Shown: positions 1 to 13,114, numbered from the whole stretch's first letter. The stretch: 63,326 nt of DNA, filler included, from Euprymna scolopes (GCA_053919585.1; 3 parts of 3 records of this genome joined end to end with filler, not necessarily neighbours in it), one strand, 5' to 3'. The notes: generated by a model not told the origin, from the sequence alone. Program-made: numbers and translations.

Positions 1-19
1 GACTTATACCGTGTGAAAT

Positions 20-560
20 TGTTGTATAGCATTCTTACCTGCGTTGAACAGAAAATCATTTAGTGTGAAAACTTTCATGAAATGTGAATAGTAGATTGTT
101 AGAAGTGATGTTAAGGCATTTAAACTGTTGAATAAAAAAATATCATTTGATCTGAGTTTTCATAGGGTGTGAAATAGTGAATTATTTGAAAGGAATTTTG
201 TGGCATTTAAACTGCCGAATAGCAAGTCATTTGGCCTGAGAGTTTTCACATGATGTGAGGTGGTAAATTGGTTGGAAATGACATTAAAACATTTAAGCTG
301 TTGAAATAAAAAAGAAAGAATTATTTAGCCTGGGAGAATTCATAGAAGATAAAATAGTAAAATGCTTCTCAACTGTCCCATAGAAAGTCGTTGGGTTGGA
401 GAACTTTATGAGGGAAAACAAAAACGAAATAATAATCTAATTGGGAGTAGTGTTAAATCACTTAAACTGTCGAGCAGAATGTCTTAAAGAAACTAACGGT
501 GCTGATAGTATTCTGTTTTGAAAAAAATTAAATATGCAGTCGTTGAGAAGTCTTTGAAAT
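20..560. repeat. degenerate ~86-87 bp tandem repeat (about 6 copies)
   Basis: Motif (g)catttaaactg and variants recur at 30, 117, 204, 290, ~365 and 459, with similar downstream sequence (tcattt..gag..ttttcat..tgtga). Confidence 0.6.
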
Positions 561-3500
561 TGTGAAAATATGAAATATCGTTGGGAAAATGTGCCTCTAT
601 GCCAAGAGGTATGCATGAGCTGAGGACGTTAGTTCTTTCCCTTCATGTAAAGGATTGAGAGAGATGCGTCTGAAGAAAAGAAAAAACTTCGAGGTTTATG
701 ATGTTATGAGTAAAGATATTGCATTCTTGGTTTTTAGAGATTTTTATAATCGAGCACTCTACTGGAGTATAGCTAGTAATTCTTATGTGCTCAACATGTC
801 GCTCAGATTTAAAACCGACAGTATTGATGGTAAATTTGAATTTTTGTATAGCTGAAGAATGGATTGTCATTGAGGAAGTAGAGATAAATAAATAGAGGCG
901 TAAATGTGACTTGATTGTGCTACGTTTGGTTGGAGTTATTTCAGTCACCAGAATACCACATTTACCCATTTTCATTTTGTTGGCTTCGGACAATCACGTG
1001 AGAATTAAGTGAGATTTTTTTGAAGATAGTGATTTGAAGGGGAGCAATTAGACCCACGGATGAACAATAAATTAGTCATGCGGAGATACAGTGTTTGAAA
1101 GAAGACAAAGTTAAAGAGGGTTAATCACACCAGAAATGAATAGAGATTTCTGTTTGAGTCCGTGTGAATTATGAGATGAAAGATCTTATTACCATCAGTT
1201 GGCTCGATGCACTGGAAAATGTGCATGTGGGTAGTGTACCTGGAAACTTCTGTCGATCTTGTAGGTTAGAGAATTAATTGTATTGGGAATTCTGTATTGT
1301 ATTTGTGAATACTAACTGAAAGGAAATAGTTTAGTTGAGGACCAACTAAATTCGAAAAAAAAGAGAAATATCAGAAAAATGGATATGTGGAAAGGATCTG
1401 ACCTTTCTTTTACTCAATGAGGTGTGAGAGAAATCTGGAGATTGTTTTTTTTTAATTAGCAGATAGCTGGATAAAAATGTGGGAGTCAATACTGAAAGAA
1501 TTCCCCAGTGTTAAATGTAAGAAGAAATAAGGTAACTACAAACCACTGCCAGTAGCGCACCTGGGCGAGGCGAGGCGGGGATATCAATGAGTGGCCTCTA
1601 CCAAAACCTGGATAGCGTGCACGAACTGCAACCATCGACAAAATCCAAGGTTACAAGCAGGGACGCCAAAGTCAGTCCCTAAGCCATTATTAAAAAAGAA
1701 AAAGAATGAAAAAACAAATATCAAAAGCGCAAATATTTTTCTGATTGTTTTATGATTTGTGAGAAAGAGAAAATGAGCAAGTAGTTTAAAGTATGTATGA
1801 GCCTCCTTTGATAGTGAACTGACATGGTTATCTTTTCTCGGTTGCATGCACATAGATTAAGTCATAGAGAAGTACCGAAAATAAAAAAAAAATGAAAAAA
1901 AGGAAGCACATGTTTTGCATGCACATAGCCAGTTGTAGAGAAAAACTGAAAATAAAGGGAAAACAAAAAACTGTTTTGCATGTACATGATTTAGTCACCT
2001 CAATAGTAAAGTGAAAAAAAAAGGGAGTTTATCAATTGAAAAAAATGAATGTGTAGGCGAATATAAAAATCCATGACTCATGAGCTGTGGAAGCTTATAA
2101 TTGCATGGGTGCATGTTTAATTATTGAATGAGTGCCATTTTCTCTGATGATAAGAACTATGGACTACATACAAGTACTTATGCATGCATACATACTACAT
2201 TATAATATATACAGCATTACAACCAGAACCATTGGACCAGAATATTTTTGCATGCTGAATTGACAATTTTTGTCAGTTGCTTTTTATTGACTGATTGTAG
2301 AATTACTAGTTTCGGGTCGGGCGTCTGGTGCAGGTCGCATATATGCCAATTATGACTAATTGACAAGTGAAAGGGAGGGGCGGATATGACGAGGTCCCTG
2401 GCGACACCAGATGATCTTGCTTTTCAAATAGAGGAAGAGAAGATGGGAGAGGATGAGGTATAGTTAGGGGGGGGGCATGCTGACACTTGGTCAAGGAAAA
2501 ACAGATGTTTATGAGATTTCTGTCCGCCAGAGAAGAAATAGTATCTTTTTCAATGAAAAGCAAATATAAAATCTGATAACAGGATTCGTAGAACAAGAGA
2601 TTGTTTTTCTAGTTGGATTTGGTAAAAATGAATTTTAACTATTAATTGAGTGAGACAGGTACAATGACTTGGGTTGAAAAGGTCTGCTTTCGTGTCTGGG
2701 ATATGTTGTCATTTGGGTCCACCTGTTGTATTTAACTACCAGACCATCAAGCCAGTGATAAGTTAGTTGGACAGATAAATAAATTGAACCTAGGCAGCGA
2801 TATGGTCATGAAAGAAAAAGAAGAGGGTCACAAAAAATAGAAAATGAAAAGAATAAAATAAGGGGATAGAGAAAGGAGTTCACGAGAGAAGAAAAAGAAT
2901 AAGATAATGGGATAGAGAAAAAAAAGATTCAGAGAAAAAAAAAAGGAAGAGTAATCTTCAATATGACAGAGGGGAGAAGAGGCCAGTTTTATAAAAACGA
3001 TTGGCTTTTTAGAGTTAGGGTCCTTTTTACTGGCTGGCATCGAGGTGTCCATATCGCTCTCACCCAGCCTGGGGGGGGGGCGAAACCATCATAAGAGCTA
3101 AGTTGAAAGGCTTTTGTTCTTAGCTGGGAAATTAATTAGAGGAACTTAAGTAATACAACCTGCATCATGAAGCTCGGATTAAGAAACTCGACTTTTAAAC
3201 AAGTGTAGAACGATTTCTGAATAATTATTTTGTCGCTTTTATGAAAATGAACCAGAGTTTTTCTTTCTTTCTCGATTTCCGGCCTGAATGAAGATGCAGT
3301 TTATTTCAGGTATGCCCTGACGCCAGATGATGAAAGAGATAGACTGGATCCAGCACAAAGCCAGAGTGACGACCGAAATCGACAATGTTGCCCCATGGAC
3401 TTAGGATCATGCACATTTCGCGTGCCCTGAGCAGCAGAAAGATATTTTCCAGTGACCAGTAAGAGTCTGGTCACCCTTGAGGGGTCCACCACTAGACAAG

Positions 3501-3645
3501 TAAGAGTGTAGCCCTGCTGGGTTGCATCTATGGTCCTGTGAGCTGGGAGCGACGAACATGGCCAGAAGTACATCACAAGTATGCTCTCGTGAACCAGAAT
3601 AGCGACGGATGCTGCCCGGCCCTCGGACAAGAAAGGGTGTTAGGG

Positions 3646-4050
3646 TTATATTTTGAGCACTGGCTCTTCAGTTTTGGGTCTAGAATTTAGGGTAATTTCT
3701 ATCATTATCTCTGCATGGTCAGCGTTCCCGAGTGGGCTGTCAGCATCTGTTATACAATCCTTGGGAACTATATTCAGAAACAGATCTAGAAGTGATGCGT
3801 ATTGTTCTTGCTGGTCAGGGAAACGGGTTGGAAACGTAACCATTTGTGATAAGGAGTGAGATATAACAAAACTATGTGTTGAGCTGCCTGCTGGATCTGT
3901 GTGAGTAGAGAATCCAAGCCAGTTTTTGTGCTGAACATTAAAGTCACCAAATACATGTACTTGTGCGCTAGTGTCGAGGGAGAGTGCTGTGTCTATGCTG
4001 TCAGAGACTTTGTTTATTATGGTGCACTCCTGGGTCGAGCTTGGAACGTC
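3646..4050 (-). mobile_element. CR1/Jockey-group LINE apurinic endonuclease (APE) fragment
   Basis: Minus strand reads PSSTQECTIINKVSDSIDTALSLDTSAQVHVFGDFNVQHKNWLG...SLSQMVTFPTRFP...SLLDLFL...SPLGNADH, containing the GDFN, PTR, LD and (S)DH motifs of LINE APE domains. Confidence 0.88.
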
Positions 4051-4071
4051 CCTTATATATATATATATATA

Positions 4072-4285
4072 CAGGGTGACCCCCCAAAAAACGTGATACC
4101 TCCATTATTTATTAACCGATTGCCCTTATTTTACAGGATATGGCACAATCAACGACCGTGAGTAAACCAAGACCCCCAGTGGCAGCTAGGACAAAGAATA
4201 CACTGTGTTAAATTTCATTCCGACAAAACACAAAGAAACGGGGCCTAATTAGAGTTGGGGTCCGTTTTTGGGGGGGATCACCCTG
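4072..4285. mobile_element. Tc1/mariner-type MITE (214 bp)
   Basis: Imperfect TIRs CAGGGTGACCCCCCAAAAAACG / CGTTTTTGGGGGGGATCACCCTG, flanked by TA on both sides, inside a TA tract. Confidence 0.85.
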
Positions 4286-4312
4286 TACACATACATATAT
4301 ATATATATATAT

Positions 4313-4795
4313 CAAATCTTATCTTTTTTTTAATAATATTATTGGAATTCATTCCCTCTCCCTTGTATCTATTTGTGAATTATTCTACGGATTTCTGCCT
4401 TTTGGATTATTTTGGACCATCTTCCAATTACGCGATTAGCTTGGATTTTACTTGTGCGAATGGAAATTTAACCAACTTTCTTGGATTCTGCATCTTTGGA
4501 TTTCACCATCATTGGATACCTGACTATCCATTCACATGAAATCACTTTTTCTTCACCCTATTCCCTCTGCTTCACCTTTTTGTTATCAAGTAAGATCTAT
4601 GACTTACTTATTGTTTCATCAAATACTTTTGCAAGCAAAATTCGATCCCGCATTTTGCTAAATCGTACCCTCTGATGAGAAGGAAAGTATTTCTTCGAAA
4701 CTCCGCGGATTAAGGACTATCCACTTATTTAGTATTTCCTTTTCAAATTAAATATGTTTTTAACTCATTTTAAAGTGTTTTTAACATGTTTTATT
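4313..4795 (+). mobile_element. Penelope-like element terminal repeat (pLTR) fragment carrying a hammerhead
   Basis: Pyrimidine-rich segment that starts after (TA)n and contains a minimal hammerhead. Its downstream part (4715-4795) recurs at 14786-14867 in an inverted repeat. The PLE call is an inference from the minimal hammerhead plus the inverted arrangement. Confidence 0.55.
4669..4715 (+). ncRNA. type I hammerhead ribozyme (minimal, family A)
   Basis: cct-CTGATGA-gaaggaa(agta)tttcttc-GAAA-ctccgcggat-TA-agg. It has a 7-bp stem II, a palindromic TCCGCGGA stem III with one mismatch at its base, and a 3-bp stem I. Confidence 0.75.
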
Positions 4796-4996
4796 NNNNN
4801 NNNNNNNNNNNNNNNNNNNNNNNNNNNNNNNNNNNNNNNNNNNNNNNNNNNNNNNNNNNNNNNNNNNNNNNNNNNNNNNNNNNNNNNNNNNNNNNNNNNN
4901 NNNNNNNNNNNNNNNNNNNNNNNNNNNNNNNNNNNNNNNNNNNNNNNNNNNNNNNNNNNNNNNNNNNNNNNNNNNNNNNNNNNNNNNNNNNNNNNN

Positions 4997-5220
4997 TGTT
5001 TGTAAACAAACTGATGGTGTGAGCACTGTTGCGACGGGTGGGTGTGGATTTAACACATACTCGAGGAGAAATATTTGCGTCACTGATTCGTGGTCCGATG
5101 GTTTAAAACTGCCGACTGTCATTGCGACGGTTGTAGGTTTGATTCACGGCTGGGGGAAGGTGTATGTCTAGCCGCACTGATGAGTTGTGATACAACGAAA
5201 CAATACTGAATGTGGATGAC
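4997..5220 (+). mobile_element. tRNA(Asp)-related SINE-like element ending in a hammerhead (family B, copy 1)
   Basis: A-box-like TGGTCCGATGG (5091-5101), anticodon-arm-like CCGACTGTCA, B-box-like GGTTTGATTC (5136-5145), then a hammerhead and (TA)n. The 5' end is lost in a gap. Confidence 0.72.
5166..5220 (+). ncRNA. type I hammerhead ribozyme (family B)
   Basis: gtc-tag-ccgca-CTGATGA-gttgt(gat)acaac-GAAA-caatactg-aa-tgtgg-at-gac. Stem I is ccgca/tgtgg and stem II has 5 bp. The cleavage-site T is mutated to A in this copy. Confidence 0.85.
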
Positions 5221-5299
5221 TATATATATACATATGTATACTAGTAATCTTATCAATACGGTTTAAGTCAATAATACGACATAATTCGTGGAAATATTG

Positions 5300-5338
<39 letters not shown>

Positions 5339-5439
5339 TTGATGAAAAACGAAATGACTCCTATTTGAATGCTTAATTTGCATAATTGTTTTTAAACAGT
5401 TCATCTGTTTGTTCCTTCCTTAGTTAGTCCGTACGTTAT

Positions 5440-5538
5440 GCTTTGAAAAAGGCCAAATACAGATTTTGATGACAAAACTGTTTCAAAATGGCCTAATTTA
5501 TGAAATTTGGCTTTAAGAAGGCCAAACTGGCAACCCTG
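5440..5538. mobile_element. possible DNA-transposon (hAT-like) terminus
   Basis: Ends in CTGGCAACCCTG (reverse complement CAGGGTTGCCAG) after repeated aaggccaaa subterminal motifs. No partner end was found. Confidence 0.35.
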
Positions 5539-6473
5539 GACAAGAATATGAAAGTGACCATCCTTTGATGTAGCCTCGTTTTCGAATATCATTATAATTC
5601 TATATGATCATTGTTGTAATGATGTGAGAAAGGAACTCATAGTAATTTTCATGTGCAGCAGTTCTCCACTAAAGAAAGAAGTCAGTTAAATGTTACGCAA
5701 AAAAAAGGGAATATGTGAAAGAAATAGGGCAAAGAAAACAACATTGTCTACCAAGAGGTGCTGGACTGAAGGAGTAAATTTCAAGATCGTCTCATCCAAT
5801 GTGATTTTGTTATTTGTGTTGAACTATGTAGCACAATATTACTTTTTTTCAGTATTTATTAGTATTCATGAATTTATCTCATTTGGGTCAGTTCTACATT
5901 TACAGTACAATAGATACTATTTTTATAGAAATGTTAATGAACTTATATTTGCTGCATGTTATTAGTTTTTCTGTCAAAAAAAACAAACTAATTTTTTGCT
6001 CTATCCAGAAAACTATCAGCTTCATCAAAACATTTGTTGATTAAATGTATTTCTCAATCCGTGCAATTTCCACTGATCTTCCTGCTATGATTTTGTGTTA
6101 TTCATTTGTAATTCTATTTTGCTATTGTTGTTATTAATATGCAATAGTTTTGTCAATACTAACGGTAATTAATTTAAGTGATTTAATAAGAAAGGATTAC
6201 TAAAACCTTTCTTAAAATATTTGTTGATTATTAAACAGATATCGCTAGCTAGAAAACAAAGATATACCAACAAGGCATAAGCAAAAAAGAAAAACGAGAG
6301 ATAGACTAATTGCTCTCTCTCTCTCTCTCTTTCTTTTTTCTCCTTCTCCCCTCCTCCTTCTCCTCCTCCTTCTCTCTTACGTTTGGGACGCTGGATTTTC
6401 ATTTTATTGTTTTTTAAATTCAATGATTATTTTGACCACGTGACAAACGTTTGACGTTTGCGTTTAACTGTCC

Positions 6474-6560
6474 ATTTTCTCTAAGGGACTTTCGTTTTTA
6501 AATTTTCTCTAAGGGACTTTCGTTTTTAAATTTTCTCTTAGAGACTTTCGTTTTTAAATT
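6474..6560. repeat. 28-bp tandem repeat x3
   Basis: attttctctaagggactttcgtttttaa repeated three times. Confidence 0.9.
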
Positions 6561-6987
6561 CGCTCAGGCGAATTGATTTCTTCTTTTTTTTCATTTCTTT
6601 ACTGTCTAGTTTGAAAGGCAAATGAGTTTCTGTAAATATAACCAAAATAGCAATATTTATCTATTTATATGTGTAAATGTTAATAGTCGTCTATTTATAT
6701 GAAAAAAATGTTAATATATATATATGAAAAAATGTTAATATTTATATAAAAAAATACGAAAGAGTTTGTTTTATATTCGCAAGAAACGTATGAATAAAAT
6801 GTGTATTTAAAAATTTGGTTTCAAGTAGTGAATTTTATAAAACGATAACGAGATGGTTAAACATACATACATTCACACTATACACAGAATAATTTGTGTG
6901 TGTGTGTTTGTGTATAAATGTATGTATGTTTTGCTGTCTCGTTATCATGTATATGTGTGTGCATGAAGAGAGAGAGAGAGAGCGAGC

Positions 6988-7018
<31 letters not shown>

Positions 7019-7751
7019 ATAAATGCTTACATTATTATTCATTTCTTATTTATTTACGCATAAGAATATATCAATGTTTTTCGTTGCCAAACGATAGAGA
7101 GATTTCACATGAATGAACTTGCATGTTAAGACAAAGATGAATCATTTTTTGACAAAAAGCGGGGGACTTCTCGAAATATCAAAATAAAAAATAATAATTA
7201 AAAAGACAACATCGTTTTATGCTTCATATNNNNNNNNNNNNNNNNNNNNNNNNNNNNNNNNNNNNNNNNNNNNNNNNNNNNNNNNNNNNNNNNNNNNNNN
7301 NNNNNNNNNNNNNNNNNNNNNNNNNNNNNNNNNNNNNNNNNNNNNNNNNNNNNNNNNNNNNNNNNNNNNNNNNNNNNNNTACAGCTGGTTTCCTTGTTTC
7401 TTGGTTTCCATACCATGGGCATCAGGCAGTAGTTATCAACCTTTTTGTCTTGGTATATATTTTCAAAATAAAACTTTGTTCATAAATCATCGATATTTTG
7501 TTGATAAGCACTTTGTTGAAAATGAAAAACAAACAACTAGCAGTGTTTGATTTGTATAATAAACTTCTTTATGATATGTTCATCAGACATTCAGAAGGTA
7601 TAAAACGACCGACAGGTATTCAGAGTTAATGTGATCATTTTTTTTTTTTTTATATATATATATTGTTACATTTCAGAATAATTTAAAGTATATAATACTG
7701 ACAAACTGCAGATAACTTTTTCTGTTTAATGTTGGTGAGTTTGTGGTTGGG

Positions 7752-8078
7752 CTATGATTGTCTATCCACTAGAATGGCTTGAATTGCTTTGGTTAAGGTA
7801 GCAATTTCTGATAATTCAGGGCTGGAATTGGATGCGGAGACTTTAGCGGCAGGTTCGGTCATGACAGTGGTTACAGCTGATGTGTGGTGGTAATTGTCAG
7901 CAATGCGTTCGATGATAACCATTAATTGTTAATTGTGCCAGATCTGTATCCTCAATGAACATGGACACCATGTGGGATAATTGTGAAGGCAATTTCTCCA
8001 ACCAAAGCTGTTGCAGGATGCTGTTGTCCATCGTGCGTGCACTAAGCAGGCCTCGCATCTGTCTCCAAAGCTGAGAAG
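7752..8078 (-). mobile_element. Ty3/gypsy gag-like pseudogene fragment
   Basis: Minus strand reads SQLWRQMRGLLSARTMDNSILQQLWLEKLPSQLSHMVSMFIEDTDLAQL..., then after a frameshift ..IERIAD. This matches the PSQLxRxMxxL...LxxLWLxxLP...LxxxADxI pattern of invertebrate gypsy Gag proteins. Confidence 0.7.
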
Positions 8079-8237
8079 AATTTGGTGAGTTTGGGAGCTG
8101 GAGATCATGGACAACTCAAAAGCACTGGAATACTTGAAGAGAGTGATCTGCAACATGATCATTTGTGCCAGATCAAAAAATTTAGAAATCTTAACTGCAG
8201 CTTAATGCTTCTTGAGTACCTTGAAGGCCATGAGATG

Positions 8238-10070
8238 TTTTTTTTTTTATTATTACATTTTCACCCCAAACAAGGCACATTGCCACTGTGGTGTAAGGGG
8301 CTACTATCAGGAACATAAGCTACTGGGATACTATGTAGGGAGTTGGGCAACAAGATGTCGGTTCACGTTACACTTGAACTTCTGCATGTCAGTACAGTTG
8401 GGGAAGCAAGAACCCGGAAGGGAATCCCAAAGTCTAGCGGTTCTGGGGAAGAATCTACTGGAGTAGAAAGCTCTCTTACATCTAGGGATCTCTACTGTGT
8501 AGGGGTGGGATTTAGCTGCTTGCCGGGTTTGTCGGGGGTATTTAGGTCGTGGGGGCACAAGTGCTTCCAGTTTGTCAGAGCATTCACCATTAAAATACTT
8601 GTACAACAGGCAGAGGCTGAAGCTTAGATGACATTTCAGGACCTATCAAGTTGGAGATTCTCTTTTGAACCTTGTCTAGGAGCGAGAGACTAGTAGCAGA
8701 TGCACCAGCCCAAATATGACAACAATACTCCATACATGGGCGAATGGTGGCCTTATAGAGGTACAGGATACTTTCGGGCGTTAGTAGTTTTCTAGCATGA
8801 TAGAGAGAGCCTACTTTCCTCGCAGCGGTCCTGGCAATGCTCTCAATGTAATTGCTCCAACTCATATTTCCTGTGAACGTTAGGCCGAAGAGTTGAAAAG
8901 AAGTACTTTCAGATAATGAATCTTTGGCCATTACTATTGGTGGTAGAGAAGGTTTCTTGTAATTATTGAAGGAAACAAGTTTAGTCTTGGCAGCATTGAA
9001 TGTGACCGTCCATTTTTGTCTCCATTCCACTACAGATTGGAGGTTATCCTCTAGTGTTTCTGCCATTTTCTCCGATATGTATTCATTTGTTTTCTTGTCA
9101 TGCCTGTTATAGAGCGTGGTGTCATAAGCATATATACCCATCTCAGAGGCAGTTTTGTCGGGAGGTCATTTATGAATATTAGAAATAATAAAGGTCCAAG
9201 GATAGACTCCTGAGGCATTCCCGCATTTATATCATATTGTTTAGATGTACGACCATTGAGGACAACCTGAATTTTTCTCTTATCTAAGAAGGATTTAATT
9301 ATGTTAAGTATTCTTCCAGTAATACCGTATGATCTAATTTTCCTGAGAAGACCTTCATACCATGCTCTGTCAAAAGCCTTAGATATATATAGAGCTGCCG
9401 CTCTACCCTGCCCTGCTTTGTCCAGTGAATGCTATATACGTTCTGAGATTACAGTTAGGATATCTGCTGTAGAACGTTCTTGCCTAAATCCATATTGTTG
9501 TTTGGTCAGAAGTTTAGCATCTGTAAGGGGATGGACTAGAGCTTGATTAATTATTGACTCAAATATTTTGGCGAAAAGTGGGAGGAGACTAATGGGGTTA
9601 TAATTTAATGGGTCAGTTCTTTCGCCAGAATTCTTGAATACTGGTACCACAGAAGCAGTTTTCCAGCAGTCCGAAAAGCAAGATTAAGGCATTTGTTGTA
9701 AAGTTTGGAGAGAACTGGAGCTACTTGGGTGGAGCATTTTTTTAATAGCACAGCCGGGATGAGATCAGGTCTACATGCTTTTGAAGTGTCAAGGTTTTTT
9801 ATGATAGCATGCACCTGAGAAGGGGTGATTTTCAGACCGTCTAGCGTGGCGTCTGTCTGCAAAGGAAAGTCAGGTAGGGGGTGGTTAGCAGGGTTCAGTG
9901 TGGAATTGGAGGCAAACAGACTGGCGAGCATGTTAGCCTTCTTGGTTGCTGAGCAAACAACCTCATGATTGTTGGACAGTGGGGGAATTGTTGATTTCCC
10001 ATTATTTACTACACTGTTGTAGATTTTCCAGAAGTCACGGGTTCTTAATTTTTGTGCTTCAAAGCGTTTT
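8238..10070 (-). mobile_element. 5'-truncated CR1/Jockey-group LINE, degenerate reverse transcriptase through the 3' tail
   Basis: Frameshifted ORFs contain VPVFK..DPLNYNPISLL, QYGFR, PQESILGPLLFLIFINDLP, YAYD (decayed YADD), FNAAKT, IRPCMEYCCHIW and FFPRTARLWDSLP. An A-rich tail lies at ~8238-8255 on the minus strand. Confidence 0.93.
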
Positions 10071-10299
10071 TTGGTTTATATATTATTCCTTAATTGGAAT
10101 TCATTTTTTGAGATGAGCATTATATATATTAATTTATTTTTATTTCGGACTATTATTCTCATCTTTATTAGTTGTTGTTTTTCATCTTTTATTGGTTTTT
10201 TGGTTGTTTCAGTAAATTCTCTATGCTATTTCTTTCTTACAGTTACTGCTAGCTTCTATATACTTCTGTCTGTTTGAACTGGACTTATGTAGTTAAATC

Positions 10300-11383
10300 T
10301 GCAGTATGCATGCTGCCTTTGCGCAATTGCTGTTGCACAAGTAGAAGTAAACCATTGGGGAGAGTGGGGCTTACTATAAAATTTCCGCATAGGAACATGT
10401 GCTTCAATTGCCGTTTTGAACCATGTAAGCTAGAGAATTGCAATGGAGATGTAGAAGCAGTGGCTAGCAGGAAGAATCATAGCACACATTCCATATCCAC
10501 ACAACAAAATTTGTTGAGAAGCTGCAAAACAAGTTGTAACACGATCCAGGCAAGACAATTCAGATGTTGGCAAAAGAGATGGGCATCAAACTGGCAACCA
10601 TGAAGAAAATGCTGAATGAGGATTTTCACTATTCATCATGCAAGAATCACAAGGGTTAGCTACTCACCACCAAGGCTCAAGAGAACTCTAATGTAATCTA
10701 AGAGACTCCACAACAACAAGGTCAAAAATCTAGTCAAGACAGAATACTCTGGTTCTTTTAAGATGAAGATGGGGACTAGTTGCACAACGTGCAGAATGAC
10801 AAGTAACAAACCTATAGTGTGCATCTAGCTCTGCCCTTCATGAAAACCAAGTTTATTTCAAGCCAAAGCCATATGATCACATATCCTTGAAAGAGGGCTT
10901 GTACTCAATTCTGATAACTATATTAAATTGCTGTCCACTGTTGTCAAGCACTTCACAGAAAGGGTGCTGCAGGGAAGCCATACATGCAACAGCAGAATTT
11001 AGTTTGGTCTCTAGGAACATCTGTCTATGAATTCTCACAACTTTACCATTTTAAACATTTGACTCTCCATCTAACCTAATTGCAACCGTAAGGACTACTA
11101 TTTGTGAGGTGCAATTGAGAATGACACAAACCTTTGCCTAGATTGTGCTGGTATTCAAAGGTTTCACAAAGGGTCCCATGAAAGCTGTAAGCTCCAGATT
11201 CAGATACCATCTGAAGACCGTTGCAGAGGTTCAAGACAGTTTCTTCACGTAAGTACTATTTGGTTCTAAATAAAGTCCTCTAAAAGAACGCATTGTGAAA
11301 TTTTGAGAATACATCAATTATTGGCCAAGATATGACGTTTTATTTTCTATCCAAAAATGTCAAATTTTTCCTAAGCATCTGTA
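10300..11383 (+). mobile_element. degenerate maT/DD37D-like (Tc1/mariner superfamily) transposon
   Basis: Broken frames give DPGKTIQMLAKEMG, LWFF*DE, HNVQND, MKTKF, LNSDNYIKLLSTVVK, PNCNRKDYYL*GAIENDTN (WPPxSPDxNPxDYxxW-like) and SSRFRYHLKTVAE. The element ends in ...catctgTA. The 5' boundary is approximate. Confidence 0.78.
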
Positions 11384-11401
11384 TATGTTGTTGAACATCC
11401 A

Positions 11402-11888
11402 TCTATAATATAAATCTCACCTGTCTGTTTAAATATCTGTATGTATTTATGTATGTATGTATGTATGTATGTATGTATGTATATATGTTTACCTAAAACT
11501 TTTGACAGAGGCGACGGATTTTCACGACGGATATTGTTTTGAAACCGACCCTTCGGACGACAAATATCGAAAAATTGGCTAAAAACATTAATTCCTTCAC
11601 TCTCAACGGGGCACTTTTCTACAAGGAGGGGTCGCTTTTTTTGCGGATATTTTCGAAAGTAATCCCCTCTTTTCGATTGACTAACCTTAATTTAAACATT
11701 CGCAACTTCCAGTTTGGCGATGGACGCAACAGCAAAGACGTCACGTTTTTTTTCACATTCTTTTCCTCCTTCATGGTAAGAGTTCGAGCCTGCCTGCCTG
11801 CCTGCCTGCCTGCTACCACTTTTTTCCCCCTTTGTTTTTTGCTCAACACACACCTCCAAACACCCGGGCAACGCCGGCACCCAGCTAG
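11402..11888 (+). mobile_element. non-autonomous Helitron-type repeat, family H1
   Basis: 5' a|TCtataatataaatctcac, internal (atgt)n and (gcct)n, subterminal hairpin cccgggcaacgccgg and CTAG end. Homologous copies at 24531, 25076 and 58273. Confidence 0.78.
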
Positions 11889-12809
11889 GCTAATCATATA
11901 ATAGAAATTCTCGATCCTCATCTGAAAAATTCCGAAACACTATTATATTTTTATAGTTAAGCGTTTGTTGTCTTTCTTTGAAACACAGCAGCAATATAGA
12001 ACAATGTTTCTAAATCCGTGGTTATCTTTGAATCTTTCTGCCACCTCGCCATCCCCTCATGCCAAACTACTGGTCTAAGTCATTGAACGTTTATTAAAAC
12101 TGACGATATAAATATGATACTTCTTGCAAAAGATTCATTGTAGATAAATGTAATATACAAATTTCGCTATAGCCGCGGGGCTATGTCAGTTCTTACCTTT
12201 CTTATTAGTTCATTAGAAGACGTTACATATTTGACCTTGGGTTACACATTCTACAGACTATATTGATTAGTAGCATACCCACAAAACCCATCTCCGACCC
12301 GGCTGTTTATTAAAGAGTATGTCTGCGAAATATTAGCAGAGAAATCTGGTGATGTTTAGTCAAATCTGACAATGGTTTACTGCAATCTTTGACACGTCGC
12401 ACTCTATGGCAACGGGAGACCAAAACGAGCCATATATATAACTTTCCTCTTATGAGACTCAGATGAGAGAGCGGGCGGAGGAGGGGAATACGTATCTAAT
12501 GAAATGGGAAAATTTATGATAATATTCACAAAATCGCCAAGATGAAAGTAAATAGAATTCGTGATTGGAAAAAGGAGACATCATACTTGAGCTTTTAACT
12601 TTTCGGACTTTACGAGGCAATATTTGCTAAATACTTGTATTAATGATATTGATGTTTATATAATATTTTAGCATTTCATATTTTTGGGCAAATTTTTGTT
12701 TTACAATAAGATATTTGTTGAAATCTGTAGTTCAAATACATTTTATGACAAAAAATAGTTCAGTTTTGTTAGATAAACCTTATAAAATTATGAATTTTCT
12801 GAAATACAG

Positions 12810-12860
<51 letters not shown>

Positions 12861-12865
<5 letters not shown>

Positions 12866-13114
12866 ATCCCACATACAATACTGTTTTGCAGCTCATCAGT
12901 ATGGCTAGACAAGCAACTACCTCAAGCCAGGATCGAAACCCGATCATCCAAATGACAGTCGGAGCTTCTAACTATTGCACTATATGGCTGCTGCTATGAG
13001 GGCTGTGAATTAACAATGTTTTGACATTGTCCTAAGTACCTAAGCTCAATTTGTTTACACAAAGAGTATTGCTTCATACGCTAATGGTAATTTGTATATC
13101 ACTTCCCAAATGCT

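Noticed and set aside
2480-2810. Possible I/R1-clade LINE C-terminal zinc-knuckle remnant (minus strand)
   Set aside because: Only a vague CxC..L.VK resemblance across broken frames.
5085-5155. Functional tRNA-Asp gene
   Set aside because: The cloverleaf stems do not pair properly and it is embedded in a repeated element, so it is treated as a SINE head.
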